A DNA stretch of 64,000 nt. Source: a virus. Positions 60,706 to 64,000 of the stretch are shown one piece after another. Position 1 is the first letter of the stretch. Each line of letters starts with the position of its first letter. The stretch spans positions 40,210 to 104,209 of IMG/VR virus record IMGVR_UViG_3300032516_002690. One strand, 5' to 3'. The notes below the pieces were generated by a model, which saw nothing but the letters and a program-made list of their open reading frames with translations, was not told the DNA's origin and did not search any database. A program made the translations under genes and the position numbers.

Positions 60706-61024
60706 GTTCGTTGACGCGCAGCAAGATCCAGCGGACGGCGGATATATCATCGACGACAGTTGGGCGCCAGTGCAGGGTTGGTTGCGTATTCAGAGCACGG
60801 CGGTTGGTTTGCGTGCAGGCGTGCAGAATATGTACTGCAGAACCTGCAAGGTAGAAGTACTTGCGATGTTGGGCTATCCAACCGTTAATTCATTTGAGAT
60901 TGTGGTAAAAGACAATGAGATACTTGATAGCCGCGTGAACGTTGATTCGTCACGCATTGACTTGGACGACGATACTGAAGAGTTTCCTTTTTACCTTCTT
61001 GAATCTGAAGAAGAGTACAACTGA
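60641..61024 (+). CDS. hypothetical zinc-ribbon protein with acidic tail
   Basis: CSKC..CRTC. Confidence 0.55.
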   Translation: MNDNTLHRAILRFRCSKCRRTEFVDAQQDPADGGYIIDDSWAPVQGWLRIQSTAVGLRAGVQNMYCRTCKVEVLAMLGYPTVNSFEIVVKDNEILDSRVNVDSSRIDLDDDTEEFPFYLLESEEEYN

Positions 61025-61187
61025 TCTGAGTACGCACGTAGATATAAATAGCTGTGCAGAGATGTTTCGTCTCTGTCGCGTAAGCTTCAGACAAATCTCC
61101 GTTTTATTCGGCTTTCGCTTGAATAAAATCTTATATGAAAGTTACTTCGGAACTTCCATATAAGAATGATCACAGGTACAACATCAG
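61021..61187 (+). ncRNA. retron-like unit U1
   Basis: Imperfect arms CTGAT..GTAC / GTAC..ATCAG; G61034; CAGAGAT-GTTTC-GTCTCTG 61057-61075; hairpins 61102-61128 and 61129-61165; CAG before 3' arm. Confidence 0.55.
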
Positions 61188-61324
61188 TGTGCAATTGGCA
61201 TAAGCCAAGACGGCGTTGTTTCGACGCTGAATTACAAAGATATACTGCCAAGCGCATCGCTGTGCTATAAAAAGATTTAATAGACGCAGACGAGTCTATT
61301 AAATCTTTTGCAGCCTAGACACTG
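61185..61324 (+). ncRNA. retron-like unit U2
   Basis: Arms CAGTGT/ACACTG; G61191; TTGGC-ATAA-GCCAA; CGGCGTT-GTTTC-GACGCTG; perfect 16-bp stem 61270-61285/61294-61309; TAG before 3' arm. Confidence 0.7.
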
Positions 61325-61327
61325 TAA

Positions 61328-61469
61328 ACAGCTAAGCCGCTACAAAGCAAACGCGGTGCTTCGCCGCGATCACGCAATACCCCTCTCCCCTGCCTAAGCA
61401 CTTACTGCGTCGTGCTATTAGCAGTCCAGTGCATGGGATGATATACAGGGGGCCAACACAGTTAGCTGT
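61328..61469 (+). ncRNA. retron-like unit U3
   Basis: Arms ACAGCTAA/TTAGCTGT; G61336; CGCGGT-GCTTC-GCCGCG; CCCCTG/CAGGGG stem; CAG before 3' arm. Confidence 0.7.
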
Positions 61470-61475
61470 AGTAAA

Positions 61476-61601
61476 AACAACGTAGTATTTAAGTTCGCTA
61501 CCCCTGGTTGGTGTTTCGCCAACTGAGTACCACTACGCGGTAACGCGTAGCGTTTTATGTTTAAAGGCAGGCGCTTTAAACTGTAAAACTAGTACGTTGT
61601 T
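61476..61601 (+). ncRNA. retron-like unit U4
   Basis: Arms AACAACGTA/TACGTTGTT; G61485; GTTGGT-GTTTC-GCCAAC; CTACGCG/CGCGTAG and GTTTAAAG/CTTTAAAC stems; TAG before 3' arm. Confidence 0.72.
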
Positions 61602-61608
61602 AGATTTA

Positions 61609-61924
61609 GAACACTCGCATGGATGCAATCCAACAGCTGATGCTCCGTCAGCAATAGCGTTGAATGCGGTCAGCGCTTAAGAAATTGTTACTGACGTACC
61701 GGCTTTTTAAACAGCTCCGTAGTCGCTGGTTAAACGCCTACAATTTCTCTGTGCTAACGTGCTCATTGCACGCCGCTCGGGAAACCGGGGGACGCTCCGC
61801 AGCAAATATGCCTAATTAAGATACAGCCTTTAATTAGACATAATTGCTCTGCTCCGCGGTACCAATCCCCCTAGTCCTTCGGACTTTCCCCTCGCTTCGC
61901 TTCACCACAACAATAGGTGTGTTC
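61609..61924 (+). ncRNA. retron-like unit U5 (long, branched)
   Basis: Arms GAACACTC/GTGTGTTC (one mismatch); G61617; TGGAT-GCA-ATCCA; GCTGAT-GCTCC-GTCAGC; several hairpins; TAG before 3' arm. Confidence 0.55.
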
Positions 61925-62027
61925 AATCGAAATAATCAATTAGGCTGGCGTTCCGCCAATCTACTGCATGCGCTGTAACTGAGAATCATTGGTGGACATT
62001 ACGCTTGCCAATGACCGAGGATTGAGC
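61921..62027 (+). ncRNA. retron-like unit U6
   Basis: Arms GTTCAATC/GATTGAGC; G61929; TGGC-GTTCC-GCCA; TCATTGG/CCAATGA stem; GAG before 3' arm. Confidence 0.65.
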
Positions 62028-62042
62028 CGCTTAACTTGAGCT

Positions 62043-62210
62043 AGTGTAAATACGCCGGAAAATTCCGAGACGTGGTGCTTAATTGGGGTAGCCGTTGGGA
62101 GCGGTTATGCTGTCCGCCACGCATGCTGCTTGTTAGGGCTGAAATACTTGACACGCTCCGCCGAGTCAAATATTTACGTCATTAAGAAGAACACCATAGG
62201 TATTTACACT
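62043..62210 (+). ncRNA. retron-like unit U7
   Basis: Perfect 11-bp arms AGTGTAAATAC/GTATTTACACT; G62054; CGGAA/TTCCG; CGTGGT/GCCACG stem with expanded loop; hairpin 62142-62175; TAG before 3' arm. Confidence 0.7.
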
Positions 62211-62238
62211 TTTCTTTAGGTTTGCTAAGGTGCTGCAA
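62203..62238 (+). promoter_or_regulatory. possible sigma70 promoter giving a leaderless dNMP kinase mRNA
   Basis: TTTACA-17 nt-TAAGGT with extended TG; ATG 7 nt downstream. Confidence 0.35.
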
Positions 62239-62831
62239 TGAAATTGCAATACCCAATCATTGGCTTTACAGGACGTGCTTCCGCAGGCAAAGACACCGTA
62301 GGTAATTACATTTGTGAGGCGGGACAACTAAAAGGTAAGACTGTCGCAAAGATGGCCTGTGCGGATCAGTTAAAGCGTATTTGTTCCGAGGTATTCTACG
62401 ATGCTTTTGGTGTATCTTCGGCGGCTTTCTTCGGTACTCAAGAAGACAAAGAGGCTCCTCTCGAAGAAGTCCCTGGTTGGTCTGGAAGACGGATACTTCA
62501 GTACGTAGGTACAGAAGGATTCCGGCATGTGCACGAAGACGTTTGGGCCCGCGCTATGATCGGGCGCGCTCGCAGCTTAATCAACGGTAACCTCTGTAAA
62601 ATGGTCGTCGTGTGTGACGTACGCTTTTTGACTGAAGCAGCGGTAATCAAAGAAGCCGGCGGGATCATCGTTCGCATCAAGCGTCCCGAGGCAGACAGGG
62701 TAGTTTCTACACACGCATCGGAAACGCAACTAGCTCTTATACAAGAAGATTATGTCATAGACAATCAGGGCAAGGAATTGTATCTTCTGGAAAAACTCGT
62801 TGGGGAGTTCCTATGCCAATTGAATTTCTAG
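62238..62831 (+). CDS. deoxynucleoside monophosphate kinase (T4 gp1-like)
   Basis: GFTGRASAGKDT, RRILQYVGTE..R, DVRF..E, HASE. Confidence 0.9.
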   Translation: MKLQYPIIGFTGRASAGKDTVGNYICEAGQLKGKTVAKMACADQLKRICSEVFYDAFGVSSAAFFGTQEDKEAPLEEVPGWSGRRILQYVGTEGFRHVHEDVWARAMIGRARSLINGNLCKMVVVCDVRFLTEAAVIKEAGGIIVRIKRPEADRVVSTHASETQLALIQEDYVIDNQGKELYLLEKLVGEFLCQLNF

Positions 62832-63622
62832 CTATCGACACCGAGACAACAGGTCTAGACAGTAGTACTGACCAGGTCATCGACATTTGTTTAATCCTGC
62901 TGGACAACAACCTTAAGCAGGTCGATGCGTTGAATTTGTTCGCGCTGCCTGACTCCCATATTGTGGTGTCTCCAGGAGCGGCTAAGGCTAATGGTTATAC
63001 GCCAGAGAAATGGGCAGGGCTCGAAGCTATTTCGCAAGACGAGCTGGCTAAACAAGTCTACGAGTTCGTGTACCGCTACAACAGTCTAAAGCTCATTGCG
63101 CACAACGTGCCTTTTGATCAAGGTTTTTTAAAGCAGCTTTTAGATCGGCATGTCGCGAGTACTCCCGAAGCACGTACGTACAGTAAAATTTTTGGCTATC
63201 ACCACATCGACACCATCCCTATTAGCTTGTTCATGGACCACGCTGTTCAGGGCAGTTTCAGGCGTTCTTATAGCTTGGTCAACTTGACTAAGGACTTTGG
63301 AATTGCGCATGAGTCCGCGCACACAGCAAACTCTGACATCAACGCGTGTCTGAATTTGCTGCGTTACCACAAGCAGGTAGTCCAAGGTCTTGTACCGATG
63401 GTCAAGGCTGGCACTGCGTACTACAGCAAGATCATCTCCAAAATAGACAGCGAAACAAATACCTGGGTATTCTCGCAGGGCAAGTACGAAGGCCGGCCTG
63501 TTACGTCTGTGCTCGCCGACGACCATACGTACATTCGTCACGTACTAGGTTTTGGGGACCTATCGCCTGAACAGCGCACGTACCTTGAACATGTGTACCA
63601 GGTACATGCGGGTATTAAGTAG
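62813..63622 (+). CDS. DEDDh 3'-5' exonuclease (DnaQ-like)
   Basis: IDTETTGL, AHNVPFD, H.A.SD; C-terminal F..GKY.G module. Confidence 0.9.
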   Translation: MPIEFLAIDTETTGLDSSTDQVIDICLILLDNNLKQVDALNLFALPDSHIVVSPGAAKANGYTPEKWAGLEAISQDELAKQVYEFVYRYNSLKLIAHNVPFDQGFLKQLLDRHVASTPEARTYSKIFGYHHIDTIPISLFMDHAVQGSFRRSYSLVNLTKDFGIAHESAHTANSDINACLNLLRYHKQVVQGLVPMVKAGTAYYSKIISKIDSETNTWVFSQGKYEGRPVTSVLADDHTYIRHVLGFGDLSPEQRTYLEHVYQVHAGIK

Positions 63623-63668
63623 CTTTAAGTAATAAAAATTCACAGTATTCCGGTAAAAGAAGATATAC

Positions 63669-63696
63669 AGCGATACGCTAAATGCTATCGTTTTTT
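63669..63696 (+). terminator. possible intrinsic terminator or attenuator
   Basis: AGCGATA/TATCGTT stem running into a T6 tract. Confidence 0.4.
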
Positions 63697-63698
63697 AA

Positions 63699-63886
63699 CA
63701 CGTAAGACAGACTAATAGTCTAAGCCTGTGCTCCGCAGGCGCGAATGTACGTGGCTGCTGCTCCTGTCCTCAATTTCCGCGTATACTATGTTAAATACAT
63801 CCGCTAGCGGTTGTATCTAAAATAGTATCCACAGCAAATTGGGCGGACGTACAGCGAGCTGCGTCCCTACCCATCACAGTTACGTG
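63699..63886 (+). ncRNA. retron-like unit U8 (detached from the array)
   Basis: Arms CACGTAA/TTACGTG; G63706; AGACT-AAT-AGTCT; GCCTGT-GCTCC-GCAGGC; long hairpin with core 63783-63828; CAG before 3' arm. Confidence 0.72.
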
Positions 63887-63947
63887 CTATATACTCTACA
63901 TAACCCCCCATTCTTTATATGACACTTTTTAGCAGGATCTAACGCAA

Positions 63948-64000
63948 ATGACCGACGAAACCAAAGTACCCGAGACCATGACCGTCGCCGACAACTCGAC
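63948..64000 (+). CDS. start of a gene running off the window
   Basis: AGGA upstream; ATG ACC GAC GAA.. open to the window end. Confidence 0.4.
   Translation, partial: MTDETKVPETMTVADNS

Larger units (their letters stand above)
61021..62210 (+). repeat. tandem array of seven structurally repeated retron-like msr-msd units
   Basis: ORF-free gap tiled by units of form arm-G..YGYTYCG hairpin..variable hairpins..AG-arm; repeated in structure rather than sequence. Confidence 0.75.

Noticed and set aside
61043-61050. T4 late promoter TATAAATA
   Set aside because: Single occurrence inside U1 and not seen ahead of structural genes
60942-61163. 73-aa ORF overlapping U1
   Set aside because: TTG start inside the upstream gene, no RBS, and it runs through strong hairpins
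61636-62160. CsrB/RsmZ-like GGA sponge on the - strand
   Set aside because: Only some loops give GGA, and the G-U pairs of these hairpins work only on the + strand
61021-62210. CRISPR array
   Set aside because: No identical direct repeats, units are 107-316 nt, and no cas genes are in the window
61021-62210. Single giant ncRNA (GOLLD/ROOL/OLE-like), intron or tRNA cluster
   Set aside because: Pairings are local and modular, a detached copy exists at 63699, no cloverleafs or group II domain V were seen, and no gene is interrupted; an Rfam search is still needed

Overview
A 64-kb segment of a large tailed dsDNA phage, probably a jumbo myovirus. + strand genes cover replication and nucleotide metabolism: primase/helicase C-terminus, family A DNA polymerase with an N-terminal UDG-like domain, MoxR AAA+/VWA pair, RuvC, DinG, an AT-hook protein, ThyA, a degenerate DHFR, dNMP kinase and a DEDDh exonuclease. 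- strand genes cover morphogenesis: terminase, tail spike/fibres, baseplate, tail lysin, sigma factor, tape measure and a frameshifted tail chaperone. Main finding: a retron-type reverse transcriptase (12127-13176) has no adjacent msr-msd. Instead, the 1.2-kb ORF-free gap at 61021-62210 resolves into seven tandem retron-like ncRNA units, with an eighth at 63699-63886. Each unit has its own inverted-repeat arms, a G directly after the 5' arm, AG directly before the 3' arm, a conserved (U/C)-GYUYC-G hairpin like the Eco1/Ec86 msr loop, and a different msd-like hairpin that folds better as cDNA. This suggests a previously undescribed phage poly-retron: one RT acting in trans on an array of templates. 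Structures were paired by eye and protein calls come from motif recognition; no searches were run.
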